DNA of 64,000 bases from Actinomycetota bacterium (GTDB lineage Bacteria; Actinomycetota; UBA4738; HRBIN12), in the NCBI GenBank assembly GCA_034667405.1, contig JAXDJX010000017.1:8245-72244 (forward strand), read 5' to 3'. The notes below the pieces were generated by a model. It did not search any database. It was given only the letters and a program-made list of their open reading frames with translations, and was not told the origin of the DNA. Positions 50,523 to 60,426 of this stretch are shown piece by piece; positions within the stretch are counted from its first letter, which is position 1, and every line of letters begins with the position of its first letter. Position numbers and translations under genes: made by a program.

Positions 50523-50866
50523 CGGGACCCCGGGATCTTGCCGATCAGATGAGCCCAGCGAACATCGCCGCGGTTCAGGCGCAGTTCCGACGCGGGACGC
50601 GCGAGCTTCACCACAGATGTGACCGAATCCACCGCATCCCACGACAGGTGAACGGCGTTCCCCGACAGCCGCGCGGCGAGCCGCCCCAGGAGACCACGTG
50701 AGCGCCAGGCGTTGCCGCCGACCAGGATCTCGGAGACCTCGGGAGCACGGCCTGTGAGGTCCCCGAGCTCAAGGTCATCGACCTTCCCGCAGTTGTGGCC
50801 GTCCCCATCGACGAGTTGATGGTCCAGGATGCTCAAGGCGATATCGACCTCGGTGACCTTCGTCAT
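50519..50866 (-). CDS. PRC-barrel domain protein (115 aa), paralog
   Basis: ...DGDGHNCGKVDDLEL... core. Start overlaps the NRAMP stop by 4 nt. Confidence 0.55.
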   Translation of the reverse strand: MTKVTEVDIALSILDHQLVDGDGHNCGKVDDLELGDLTGRAPEVSEILVGGNAWRSRGLLGRLAARLSGNAVHLSWDAVDSVTSVVKLARPASELRLNRGDVRWAHLIGKIPGSR

Positions 50867-52098
50867 CCCTGGCCTCCGTGCGTGAGCAGCATCAAGGGGA
50901 TGGCCGACACGGCGATGACCAGGATGAGGATGAAGTAGAGGATGCCGAAGACGTTCGCGAGCTTGCCGTTGACCTCATCGCCCATGTACGTCCGGTCGTT
51001 GGCGACCAGGAGGATCGGGAGGTAGGTCAGCGGCAGCGCGACCACCGAGAAGATCACCGAGTACTCGGTCAACTTCACGGGGTCATACCCGGTCATGACG
51101 ATCACCAGCGCCAGAGCGAAGATCACCAGCCAGGACATCGTGAAACGCGGCGCGTCGGCAGGCCGCTCCTTCTTGCCCCATCGCCAGCCGAAGAATTGCG
51201 CAAGGTTGTAGGCGCCCGCGAACGATGTTTCGATGGCGGCACCGCCCACGGCGAAGAGGATGCCGACGAGCGCCAACAACAAGCCAACCTGCCCGAAGGT
51301 GTGTTCGGCGGCCAGCGCCGGCGTGCCGACGAACTGCGGCGAGATCCCCCTCGGCAGGTAGAGCATGGCGGCGACGATCATCAGGGCGAATGAGAGGAAT
51401 CCGCCCAGCGCATAGCCGATGATCGCCGTGACCTTGTTCAGGCCGAGATCCTTCGGGCCCCACTGATCCTCGACTGCGCCCGAGGAATAGAAGTACACCT
51501 CGTAGGGCGTCATCGCGGCGCCGAGGAGTCCGACCACGAAGTAGAGGTAGACCAGCAGGCTCCCACCGGCATGGGAGCCGGGCACGAAGCCGTGCGCGAC
51601 GTGACCCCACTGCGGGTGAAGCTTTATGGCCGCCACCGCGAAGACCAAGAGACAGAGCCCCAGATAGCCGAAGACTCGCTCGATCCACCGGAACGGAAGC
51701 ACCCACGAACTGAAGATGAGCCCCACGACGCCGAGGACCAGCAACATGCGATAGGGCAGACCCGAAAGCAGTTGGAGGCAGATCGCTACGCCTCCGACCT
51801 CGGCGGCGCAGGTCATGAGGTTCACGACCTCAGAGGCCAGCAGGGTCGCGAGGCCTGCGCCGAACCCGGTCCGTTCGCGAACCAGGTCGAACACGGGACG
51901 CTTGGCGACGGCGGATACCCGTCCGCACATCTCGGAGTAGACGATGATCCCGAGGACCCCGATCACGACGGCCCACATGAGTTGGAACCCGAAGGTCGCC
52001 CCCGCTTGGGTGTTGAACACCAGGTCGCCGATGTCGACGAACCCGCCGATGGCCGAGAAGATGCCGAGTGCGATCGCGAGGATCTTCTTGAAGCTCAC
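50863..52098 (-). CDS. mntH: NRAMP-family divalent metal (Mn2+/Fe2+) transporter
   Basis: 11 TM. Nramp signatures (GPGFL-like N-terminal absent but MntH-like core DIGDLVFNTQAGATFGFQLMW...). Start overlaps the upstream lipoprotein stop. Confidence 0.8.
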   Translation of the reverse strand: MSFKKILAIALGIFSAIGGFVDIGDLVFNTQAGATFGFQLMWAVVIGVLGIIVYSEMCGRVSAVAKRPVFDLVRERTGFGAGLATLLASEVVNLMTCAAEVGGVAICLQLLSGLPYRMLLVLGVVGLIFSSWVLPFRWIERVFGYLGLCLLVFAVAAIKLHPQWGHVAHGFVPGSHAGGSLLVYLYFVVGLLGAAMTPYEVYFYSSGAVEDQWGPKDLGLNKVTAIIGYALGGFLSFALMIVAAMLYLPRGISPQFVGTPALAAEHTFGQVGLLLALVGILFAVGGAAIETSFAGAYNLAQFFGWRWGKKERPADAPRFTMSWLVIFALALVIVMTGYDPVKLTEYSVIFSVVALPLTYLPILLVANDRTYMGDEVNGKLANVFGILYFILILVIAVSAIPLMLLTHGGQG

Positions 52099-52511
52099 GA
52101 CAACCCCGCGGCGATCTGCTCGCCCGCTTGCGCCTCCGCCTCGAGTCGGCGCACGAGCGCTGCGCTCTCCTCACGGTCAGCGGTTCCGAGCAGCTCCAGG
52201 TCACGGTGGATGCTGCCTGCGAGGTTCGTCAGTCGACGCAGGGACGACCGGAGCGAAGGCTCAGTCTGCACCGCCTCCAAGGTCGAGAGCGACTGAGAAA
52301 CCGCCGTGGCGAGGTCTGATGCGTGCTCTCGAACGTAGACAGGGATCGTCCTGCCCGACGCGACATCTTGGGCCAAGAGGGCGCCCTCCGCGGCTGATGA
52401 CTGCAGCGTCCCCGCCTCTTGGGAAAGCCCCTTCCCTTCGAGCACGCTCGGCGCGCCGCATCCGGCGCAGAGGATGACCAGGATGGCCGCCAGGGCCGAA
52501 GTTCGCCTCAC
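52095..52511 (-). CDS. Lipoprotein (138 aa), first gene of the NRAMP/PRC-barrel operon
   Basis: Lipobox ILCAGCG. Alpha-helical Ala/Leu/Glu-rich mature part. Confidence 0.5.
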   Translation of the reverse strand: MRRTSALAAILVILCAGCGAPSVLEGKGLSQEAGTLQSSAAEGALLAQDVASGRTIPVYVREHASDLATAVSQSLSTLEAVQTEPSLRSSLRRLTNLAGSIHRDLELLGTADREESAALVRRLEAEAQAGEQIAAGLS

Positions 52512-52523
52512 TGGGGCCGGATC

Positions 52524-52696
52524 TCAGGGGTTCGCAACATCGCCCTGGTCGTCCGTTTCGCCGGAGCGTTCGCCAGCTTTGGCGCGGGCTTGTTCCTCTC
52601 GACCTTCCTCTTTCAGATCGTCGTGGCCCGTCAGGCCCCCGGCGAGCTCCTTCGCCACACCCTTGAGTGAATCCAGCGTCTCGTCCACAGTCATGC
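52524..52696 (-). CDS. CsbD-family stress-response protein (56 aa), absent from the ORF track
   Basis: ATG 52696 to TGA 52524. MTVDETLDSLKGVAKELAGGLTGHDDLKEEGREEQARAKAGERSGE matches the CsbD KGxxKExxGxxTG(D)xxL pattern. Confidence 0.5.
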
Positions 52697-53023
52697 CTCC
52701 TCCCTCGCGGCACGTTCGACGAACCCGCGATTACCCGTTCCGGAGACGTCGAAACATGGTCGGGGCCTTCCGGAGCCGGAGTCTCCGGAAGCCGGGATCG
52801 GTGTGATGCGTCAGGAGCGTCGCAAGATCCACACGACGACCGCGATGATCACGACGATAACGAGGATCGTCCACAGAAGCCCACCGCCGAACGCTGCCAA
52901 CATCCCAAACATCTCCAACCGCCCTTCCTCAGCCGCGAACAAGGAACATGATGCTCGTCTTTACCCCGTTGCCCGCCATCCAATCCTGAAGGAACGCCGG
53001 GGGAGACGTTCGATGAGCCACGG

Positions 53024-55123
53024 CTAGTGGCAGGTGTCCGTGCCTGAATCGGTGAAGGTTCCGGGTGCCGCGGGGATGAACCGCCAGGAATAAGAGCCGG
53101 TGCCGAGGGTGACTGACAGGATCCCGAAGGTGCTGGAGTTGCGTACGCGAGAGGCGGGGAAGGCGGTGCTGTTGAAACCGGTCAGGTCCTCGCCACCCGT
53201 ACCCGCGATGATCTCGCGTGTCCCCTTGCCGTCGGCGACCGCCACACCGCTGGCGTTCATATCGGCAAGGCGCTCGTAGTGGTGGAAGTGTCCGGTCAGG
53301 ACGAGGTCGACGCCGGCATTGGCGAGGTCGGCCCAGATACGACGCATGGACGTCACCCCTTGGCTGCTGCCTTGTGAAGACCACGGGGCGTGATGCCAGA
53401 ACGCGAGCGTGCACGCGGTTTGAGCCGCGGGGCTGGCGAGATCGTTCTTCAGCCAGATCTCCTGCGGCGAGCCGATATCGCATCCGTCCTTCTGTGTGCC
53501 CGAGAAGGGAAGATTCGCGCAGTTGGAGTTGAGGGCGATCACATGCCAGGTCCCGATGGTGCCGCTGTAGTACCCCAGGCCGTTGACCCCAAGGTAGTTC
53601 GGGTTCCCATAGTTGGCGAAGTACCGGAAGTAGCCCGAGGCGGTCGAGTCGCACGCCGGATCCGGTGTGGCGTTGGCGTCGGTGGTCTTGTATTCGTGAT
53701 TGCCCAGCGCCGGGTAGGCCTGAGCACTGAACATGCCCCACGCCGGATCGTAGCTGGCGTTGAATTTGGCGAGGCTGCCACATTCGTACTGAAGGTCGCC
53801 GAGGGGAAGCACGGCGTCGAAGGGATGTCCGGGTGATGGCCCCGCGCCAACGAGTGCTCCGGTCGCCTTCTCGGCGCACTTCTTGTTCTGACCGTTGCCG
53901 GAGTTGAAGTTCACGTCCACTGGATCGCACGAGATGTCACCCACCGCGGCGATCGTTGGTGGCGAGACGGGGATCGCTGGTGTGGTCACCGGCAAGCAAT
54001 TCGTCGCGGCGGAATGGGTGATGCCGTCGGCGGAAGCGTCGACCGAGTACGCGTAGGTCGCTGACGCAAGAACCGAGCCGTCGGCATAGGTCGTGGGCGC
54101 CGCGTTCACCGTGGCGATCTGGCTGAGACTCATGCAATCAGCTCCTCGATACACGGTGTAACTGGTAACGGCCGCGGAGGGCGAGGCGTCCCATGCCAGG
54201 TCGACCTCGCTAGACAGAACCTTCGTCGTGTGCAGGTTGGTGGGGGAGGCGGGGACTCCACTGGCGGGTGTGGTCACCGACAGGCAGTTCGAGGCAGTTG
54301 AATGGACGACACCGTCAGAGGAAGCATCGACGGAGTACGCGAAGCTCGTCGAAGCAAGCACTGAAGTGTCGGCGTAGCTGGTAAGGGTCGCGGTCACCGT
54401 GGCGATCTGGCTGAGGCTCGTGCAGTCGGCCCCTCGATAGAGGGTGTAGCTCGTGACGCCCGAGGTAGGGGAGGACGTCCAAGCCAGATCAACCTCGTTG
54501 GATACGACGTTGGTCGTGTGCAGGCTGGCGGGCGCGGCCGGCTTCCCGCCGGCGGCGGTGAGCGACAAGTTGTCGGCTTCGAAACTGTTCCCAGTCACCG
54601 CTGACTTCTGCGTGACCCAAGCCACGAGTTTGTCCCCCGTTGCCTTCGCGGTGTAGGAGATCTCGGGAAGGGGCGCCCATGCGCTCGTCGAGGTTCCGCA
54701 GGAGACCGTGCTTCCACTGAGGGTCCCGGATTCCCCGATCTTCGCGCACACCGGTCGACCTGGAGTGTCGCTTCGGATGAGGCCGTCGAGCGTGTAGACG
54801 GTCCCCTGGGTCGCGCTCACCGGTTTGGGGGAAGACTTCAGGGAATACGCCGAAGCACCCCCCGCAAGCGCCGCCCGGCCTGCGTGTCCTCCGCCCGCTC
54901 CATCCCCCGCAAGCGTGAGGGTTGCATCTGCCCCCGCCCAACCCGTCAGGGCTCCCCCCGACTGTTCGAAGTCGCCGTTGGTGAGCAGATTCGTCGCCGC
55001 GAGCGCCCCGGGTGCCGTCAGGATTGCCATCCCAAGGAGGCCGGCCCATAGGAGGACGCCGAGTGGAAATACTCGAACGTTGTGGCGGTTCGCTTCTCGC
55101 ACTTCGGACCCCTGGATCGCCAT
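53024..55123 (-). CDS. Secreted multidomain protein: CBM4/9-like carbohydrate-binding module + two fibronectin type III domains + calcineurin-like metallophosphoesterase (purple-acid-phosphatase-like)
   Basis: Signal peptide after Met 55123. FN3 pair. Phosphoesterase motifs GDISCD, GDLQYE, GNHEY, GHFHHYER. Confidence 0.75.
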   Translation of the reverse strand: MAIQGSEVREANRHNVRVFPLGVLLWAGLLGMAILTAPGALAATNLLTNGDFEQSGGALTGWAGADATLTLAGDGAGGGHAGRAALAGGASAYSLKSSPKPVSATQGTVYTLDGLIRSDTPGRPVCAKIGESGTLSGSTVSCGTSTSAWAPLPEISYTAKATGDKLVAWVTQKSAVTGNSFEADNLSLTAAGGKPAAPASLHTTNVVSNEVDLAWTSSPTSGVTSYTLYRGADCTSLSQIATVTATLTSYADTSVLASTSFAYSVDASSDGVVHSTASNCLSVTTPASGVPASPTNLHTTKVLSSEVDLAWDASPSAAVTSYTVYRGADCMSLSQIATVNAAPTTYADGSVLASATYAYSVDASADGITHSAATNCLPVTTPAIPVSPPTIAAVGDISCDPVDVNFNSGNGQNKKCAEKATGALVGAGPSPGHPFDAVLPLGDLQYECGSLAKFNASYDPAWGMFSAQAYPALGNHEYKTTDANATPDPACDSTASGYFRYFANYGNPNYLGVNGLGYYSGTIGTWHVIALNSNCANLPFSGTQKDGCDIGSPQEIWLKNDLASPAAQTACTLAFWHHAPWSSQGSSQGVTSMRRIWADLANAGVDLVLTGHFHHYERLADMNASGVAVADGKGTREIIAGTGGEDLTGFNSTAFPASRVRNSSTFGILSVTLGTGSYSWRFIPAAPGTFTDSGTDTCH
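53970..54545. repeat. Tandem duplication (about 285 bp x 2) encoding the two FN3 domains
   Basis: Near-identical blocks, for example caccgtggcgatctggctgag(a/g)ctc(a/g)tgca... occur twice about 285 bp apart. Confidence 0.55.
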
Positions 55124-55286
55124 CGGATCGTGCCGAGGACATGGCAGCGTCGACAGCCACCATCTGCCCAAGCCTCCTACACCGATTGAGGCATCGCCAA
55201 CACCCTTCTTGCGTAGGGAACGTGGCCCTCCATGTCCGGGTACCCGTGGAAGGCGGTGGGCTTCCAGTGTGGTGCCACCACGCCCG

Positions 55287-56126
55287 TTACGGGATGAGCC
55301 CGAATACCGTGGACGGCGCACCCGACCCGTTCCGATTCCGGGGGCCGCCCCAGACGATCCAGGACCCTGTCGTGGGGAGCGCCCCCAGGTTCGTCAGGTT
55401 TTCGAGCGTGAATCGATGGTGGTGCAAGGTCAGGGACGTCTCGCGGAAATGGAAATCGCTGCCCGGGTCGGGACCGAACGTATCGGTACCCAACAGCCCA
55501 CGAACACCGAGCACGCCTTGGCGGATCAGCCATCGCACGGAGGCGAGCGAGAACCCCGGTTGGTGGAACCCGCCCTTGCCACTGCCGCAGGAGTAGTACG
55601 AGATCACTCCGGGACCTCGGTCGGGTCCCCAGAACTCGTCGCACCCGGTCCACAGCAAGACCGCGGCATCCTTCGGCATCTGGCCGTTCTGGTCGGTCCA
55701 GTCCCGGAGGTCATCGATGGTGACCTGGTAGTTGACGTCCTTCGCCACCTCGTCGCGGATGTCTACGACGACCGCGGGCAGGATGAAGTCGCCGGGGGAG
55801 AGTTGATCGGCGCAGAGCGCCTGCACATGGAAGTGGCACGGCGCGCTGTAGTGCGTGCCGGTGTGCTCACCTTCCTTCACGTTCTGCAGGTAGTAGCCAT
55901 CGTTGGCGACGGTGAACGACGTGTGCAGGCTGAACGTCGGGTCGCCGGGGAACCCCGGGATGACCGCCGGATCGTTCACGTGGCTCAGGAACACCACCTT
56001 GTCGAACCCGGGTAGCGATGTCTCGCGCGCGCCGGGCGGGGGAGCGTGCGAGGTCGCTACAGCTCCTGCGGCGAAGCCGCCGACCGCAACGAGTACGACC
56101 AGTGCGATGGATGACAGCTTGCGCAT
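55287..56126 (-). CDS. Cyclase family protein (kynurenine formamidase-like, PF04199-type)
   Basis: Signal/TM N-terminus. HxGTHxDxPxH-like motif EHTGTHYSAPCHF. Confidence 0.65.
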   Translation of the reverse strand: MRKLSSIALVVLVAVGGFAAGAVATSHAPPPGARETSLPGFDKVVFLSHVNDPAVIPGFPGDPTFSLHTSFTVANDGYYLQNVKEGEHTGTHYSAPCHFHVQALCADQLSPGDFILPAVVVDIRDEVAKDVNYQVTIDDLRDWTDQNGQMPKDAAVLLWTGCDEFWGPDRGPGVISYYSCGSGKGGFHQPGFSLASVRWLIRQGVLGVRGLLGTDTFGPDPGSDFHFRETSLTLHHHRFTLENLTNLGALPTTGSWIVWGGPRNRNGSGAPSTVFGLIP

Positions 56127-56191
56127 GATCCGGCTCCTCCTCGAAGCGACGTCCATCTCATTTTGGGGGAGGTTCGTGCCATTATGACCCT

Positions 56192-56689
56192 ATGCAGGTT
56201 CGTGCGTTCCTCGCCGACGCCGTCGAGTCAAGCGGCGGCAAGCTGTCGATGCTCGGTGCCGGGTGGAACCGATTGCACGCGCCCGGATTTCCGGCGACCC
56301 ATCCTCGGATGGCCGTCGGCGTGTTCCTGACGGTCCACGCCGGGGATGCGCGAACGCAGCGCGTCACCATCAAGATGCAGGGACCCGATGGCAAGGATCG
56401 CCCCTTCGGGATGGGACCCGATGGCACCCCGCAAACCTCCCTCGAGGCCAACGTTGAGGTGCCCGGCTCCATCGAGGACATCGTGGTGCCGGTGGCCCTC
56501 AATATCGACGCGCTCACGTTCGAACGCGCCGGCACCTACGCCTTCCTGATCGAGGTCGAGGGCCACGAGGAAGAACGGCTCGACTTCACGGTGGCGGATT
56601 CGCCGCCGGGGTCGACAGCCCCACCCGGGCAGCCGGGTCAACCGACCGAGTCGGGGACGCCCCCGACCACCTCCGCGGGCTACCTGTAG
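56192..56689 (+). CDS. Hypothetical protein (165 aa) with Pro/Gly-rich C-terminal tail
   Basis: GGGGGAGG RBS. High GC3. No recognised domain. Confidence 0.5.
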   Translation: MQVRAFLADAVESSGGKLSMLGAGWNRLHAPGFPATHPRMAVGVFLTVHAGDARTQRVTIKMQGPDGKDRPFGMGPDGTPQTSLEANVEVPGSIEDIVVPVALNIDALTFERAGTYAFLIEVEGHEEERLDFTVADSPPGSTAPPGQPGQPTESGTPPTTSAGYL

Positions 56690-56951
56690 CTCGCCGCTTG
56701 GCCGAACGGCACCAGGAAATGGCCGAACGGCCTATCTCCCCCGTACGCAACACAAGCGAGGATGGGCGTCCTACATCTGATGGCGGGGGATATCCCCCGA
56801 ACGGGTGACTTCCCCCTATCACCCCCACAACGGGCCCGGAAGTCTCTCGTGTTGGATCCGTTCGAGAGGAGATGGGTTGCGCCTGCATCGCAAAGATCGA
56901 GCGTCGCCTGCGTCGGAGGAACCCGGCGAGGCGGTCGGATCAGACGCAGAA

Positions 56952-58667
56952 GTGGCTTCGTCGTCCCAGGAGAGCCTCCCCGTCCCCCGGAATGGCGCCG
57001 CGCCGAGGATCGGCGACCTCCTTGTCGACCAGCAACTGGTCAGCCCCAGCCAGCTCGCGGAAGCCCTTCTTCAGCAGTCGGCCTCCGGCAAACGCCTCGG
57101 ATCTCTCCTCGTAGACCTCGGTGCGATCAATGACCTTGAGCTGGCCAAGGTGCTTGCCACCCATTTGAGCCTTCCCCTGGCGAACCTTCGGCAAGACTCA
57201 CCTGAAGACGATGCGGTCGAGCAAGTGCCCGAGGCGATCGCTCGAGCGCATACGGCCATCCCCATGCGGAAGTCCGATGCCGGCCTCGAGGTCGCGATGG
57301 CGAACCCGACCGACGCCGAGGCGCTCGATGCCCTGGCCAAGGCGTCCGGCATGACCGTGATCCCGTTCGTCGCGCCGCCCTCCGACATCAAACGAACGAT
57401 CGACCAGTCCTACCGGGCGCTCGTTGCCGTGGAGCGGCATGTCGAGGCCTTCCTCGCTGCTGAGGCGCTGACGACCCAGGTCAACGTTTCCGACGATTCA
57501 GGCTCCGCCGCTCCGGTCGTCCAGGTCGTGAACCTGATGGTCACTCAAGGCGTGCGCGACCGCGCGTCCGACATCCATATCGAACCCCAGGACTCGCGGG
57601 TCCGGATCCGCTACCGCATCGACGGTGCCCTCCACGACGTGCTGGCCCTTCCCGCGGAGATGGGACCCGCGGTGGTGAGCCGGATCAAGGTCCTCGGCGG
57701 GATGAACATCGTTGAACGGCGCCGCCCCCAAGACGGTCAATTCGCGACGGAGATCGACGGTCGATCGCTCGACGTTCGTGTCGCAACGACCACGACGATC
57801 TGGGGCGAGAAGGCGGTGCTCCGTCTCTTGGACAAGAGCCGGTCCTTGCTCCGGCTGAACGAGCTGGGCATGCCCGCGGAAACGCACACCCGATTCTCCA
57901 AAGCGATCCGCTCGCCGTTCGGCATGGTGATCTGCGCGGGCCCGACGGGAAGCGGAAAGACGACGACCCTCTACGCCGCCCTCGCTGAGATCAACCAGAG
58001 CGAGAAGAACATCATGACGGTGGAGGATCCCGTGGAATACGTCCTCCCCTCGATCAACCAGATCCAGATCCACGACCAGGCAGGGATCACGTTCGCCGGA
58101 GGATTGAAGGCGATCCTCCGCCAGGACCCGGACGTGATCCTGGTGGGCGAGATGCGAGACGTTGAAACCGCGCGCATCGGGATCCAATCGGCGCTCACGG
58201 GCCACTTCGTCCTGACCTCTCTGCACGCCACCGATGCTGCCGGCGCGCTCGAACGCTTCCTGGACCTCGACATCGAGCCGTTCCTGATCGCCTCCTCGGT
58301 GGTCGGCGTCGTGGGGCAGCGCCTGGTCCGCAAGATCTGTCGCTTCTGCGCCCAGCCCTACCGCCCATCGGTCGAAGAGCTCGAGTTCTATCGCGGGGCC
58401 GGTGGCCCGGCCAAGGACACGTTCTTCCAGGGGGAAGGCTGCAACTTCTGCTTCAGAACCGGCTACGAGGACCGCGTCGGTGTCTATGAACTCCTCACCA
58501 TCACGCCCGAGATGAAGAAGGTCCTCATGTCACGGGCGAACCACGACGAGATCCATGCGTTGGCGACGGAGCAAGGCATGCGCTCCCTCAGAGACGGGGG
58601 CATCAACCTTGCCGCGCAAGACGTCACGACTATCTCCGAAGTGATCCGAAGCATCTATTCGATCTGA
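56952..58667 (+). CDS. pilB: Type IV pilus assembly / type II secretion ATPase (GspE/PilB family)
   Basis: T2SSE_N domain (RIGDLLVDQQLVSPSQLAEALLQQ...). Walker A GPTGSGKTT. Asp/His boxes. CxxC...CxxC (CRFCAQ...CNFC). GTG start at 56952 chosen because GC3 rises there; alternative GTG at 56805. Confidence 0.8.
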   Translation: MASSSQESLPVPRNGAAPRIGDLLVDQQLVSPSQLAEALLQQSASGKRLGSLLVDLGAINDLELAKVLATHLSLPLANLRQDSPEDDAVEQVPEAIARAHTAIPMRKSDAGLEVAMANPTDAEALDALAKASGMTVIPFVAPPSDIKRTIDQSYRALVAVERHVEAFLAAEALTTQVNVSDDSGSAAPVVQVVNLMVTQGVRDRASDIHIEPQDSRVRIRYRIDGALHDVLALPAEMGPAVVSRIKVLGGMNIVERRRPQDGQFATEIDGRSLDVRVATTTTIWGEKAVLRLLDKSRSLLRLNELGMPAETHTRFSKAIRSPFGMVICAGPTGSGKTTTLYAALAEINQSEKNIMTVEDPVEYVLPSINQIQIHDQAGITFAGGLKAILRQDPDVILVGEMRDVETARIGIQSALTGHFVLTSLHATDAAGALERFLDLDIEPFLIASSVVGVVGQRLVRKICRFCAQPYRPSVEELEFYRGAGGPAKDTFFQGEGCNFCFRTGYEDRVGVYELLTITPEMKKVLMSRANHDEIHALATEQGMRSLRDGGINLAAQDVTTISEVIRSIYSI

Positions 58668-58674
58668 GGCTGAG

Positions 58675-59880
58675 ATGACGCGTTATCGATATGAGGCGAC
58701 GAGCGAGGCGGGTAAGCGGGCCCGCGGCACCACCCATGCCCCCTCGGTCAAAGCCGCCATGGCGATGCTCACCGATGAGGGCCTGAAGGTCGGAAAGCTC
58801 AGGGAGAAGAAGAGCGTCTTTCAGTTCGAGATCACGCGGAAGAAGCTTCCGCAGAGCGAACTCGTGCACTTCTCCCGTCAGCTGTCTGCGTTCGTTCGGG
58901 CCGGGATCCCGCTGATCGAGGCGCTGGAAGTCATCGATGAGGAGGCCGAGAACAAGGCGCTGAAGAAGGTCATCGCGGGAGCCCGCGATTCGCTGATCGC
59001 CGGCGACACGTTCTCTGCGGCGCTCCAGCCATACGCGACGCTGTTCCCACCCTTCTATATCGACATGATCAAGGCGGCCGAGCTCACCGGAAGCTTGGAC
59101 GACGTGCTCGACGAGATGTCGAAGTACATCAAGCGTGACCTCGACGCTCGAAAGAAGATCAAGGCGGCGCTCACCTATCCCATCATCGTGCTGGTGATGG
59201 CGTTGCTCACCATCGTCGTGCTCTCGGTCTACGTGTTGCCGAGGTTCAAGGTGTTCTTCAACTCGTTCCACGCGACGCTGCCGTTGCCCACGCGCATGCT
59301 GGTCGCCTTCACCAACTTCATGTCGCACTACTGGTGGACCCTCCTGGCCGGCCTGGGCGTCGTGCTCCTCTTGCTGATCGTTCTCGCGAGAACGAAGCGT
59401 GGCCGCAGGATCCGCGATCGTGCCGTGTTGCGGCTCCCCATCGTCGGCGAGGCCATCCGGTTCACCATCGTGGAGCGTTTCTGCCGGCTGCTCTCCACCA
59501 TGATGACCGCCGGCGTACCCCTGCCCGAGGCGATGACGGTGCTGGGACAGGGCACGAAGAACGTCGTATTCCAGCAGCGGTTGGCGGACGTCCGGACGGC
59601 GATGATCCAGGGCGAAGGTCTCGCGCGGCCGATGGGAGCAAGCGAACTATTCCCGGGCGCCATGATCCAGATGGTGCGTGTCGGCGAGAACACCGGAACA
59701 CTCGATGCCCAGCTCCAGGTCGCGTCGAACTTCTACGGCGAGGAACTGGAGTACAAGATCCAACACCTCACCGGACTGTTCGAACCGGTGATCATCCTGG
59801 TGATGGGTCTAGCGGTCGGGTTCGTCGCGATCGCGCTCATCTCCGCCATGTACGGCATCTATGGACAGGTGCAGTTCTGA
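58675..59880 (+). CDS. pilC: Type IV pilus / T2SS inner-membrane platform protein (GspF/PilC family)
   Basis: Two T2SSF repeats with 3 TM helices. Confidence 0.85.
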   Translation: MTRYRYEATSEAGKRARGTTHAPSVKAAMAMLTDEGLKVGKLREKKSVFQFEITRKKLPQSELVHFSRQLSAFVRAGIPLIEALEVIDEEAENKALKKVIAGARDSLIAGDTFSAALQPYATLFPPFYIDMIKAAELTGSLDDVLDEMSKYIKRDLDARKKIKAALTYPIIVLVMALLTIVVLSVYVLPRFKVFFNSFHATLPLPTRMLVAFTNFMSHYWWTLLAGLGVVLLLLIVLARTKRGRRIRDRAVLRLPIVGEAIRFTIVERFCRLLSTMMTAGVPLPEAMTVLGQGTKNVVFQQRLADVRTAMIQGEGLARPMGASELFPGAMIQMVRVGENTGTLDAQLQVASNFYGEELEYKIQHLTGLFEPVIILVMGLAVGFVAIALISAMYGIYGQVQF

Positions 59881-59999
59881 TGGCGCGGCGCATCAGGCGG
59901 GAACCGCAGCGGTCCGCGCCGAGGGGAGGGATGCCCAACGCGCCCACCCAGACGTAGCGACAGAGGTGTCAGAACGCCGAGTCAGAACCAGGAGGAGAT

Positions 60000-60365
60000 A
60001 TGAATAGGAAGGTACAACGAGCCAGAGAGGAATCCGGTTTCACGTTGATCGAACTCATGATCGTCATCGTGATCCTGGGTGTCCTGGCAGGCATCGTGAT
60101 CTTCGCCGTCGGCGGGATCACCGACAACGGGAACGTCGCGGCATGCAAGAGCGACGTGAAGACCATCGATGTGGCGGTCGAGGCGTACAAGGCCAAGAAC
60201 GGGAACTACCCCGCGCACCTTGAGCCAACGCTGACCACCGACCCGAACAAGTTCCTGCGGCCTCAGACTGGGCTGGCAGGTGACTCGCTCGCGAACACCT
60301 CGGGTGGCTACACGGTCACCTACACCCCGGCAACGGGCGCCGTCGACGCAGGCGGCTTCTGCTAA
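60000..60365 (+). CDS. Type IV pilin / pseudopilin (prepilin N-terminal cleavage-methylation domain)
   Basis: AGGAGGAGAT RBS. Prepilin leader then G|FTLIELMIVIVILGVLAGIV. Disulfide-loop C...C. Confidence 0.8.
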   Translation: MNRKVQRAREESGFTLIELMIVIVILGVLAGIVIFAVGGITDNGNVAACKSDVKTIDVAVEAYKAKNGNYPAHLEPTLTTDPNKFLRPQTGLAGDSLANTSGGYTVTYTPATGAVDAGGFC

Positions 60366-60426
60366 CCAGGGACGAACCAAGGTTCACTTGGGGGCCGGCG
60401 AAGCCGGCCCCCGAACCTTGCGCGGA

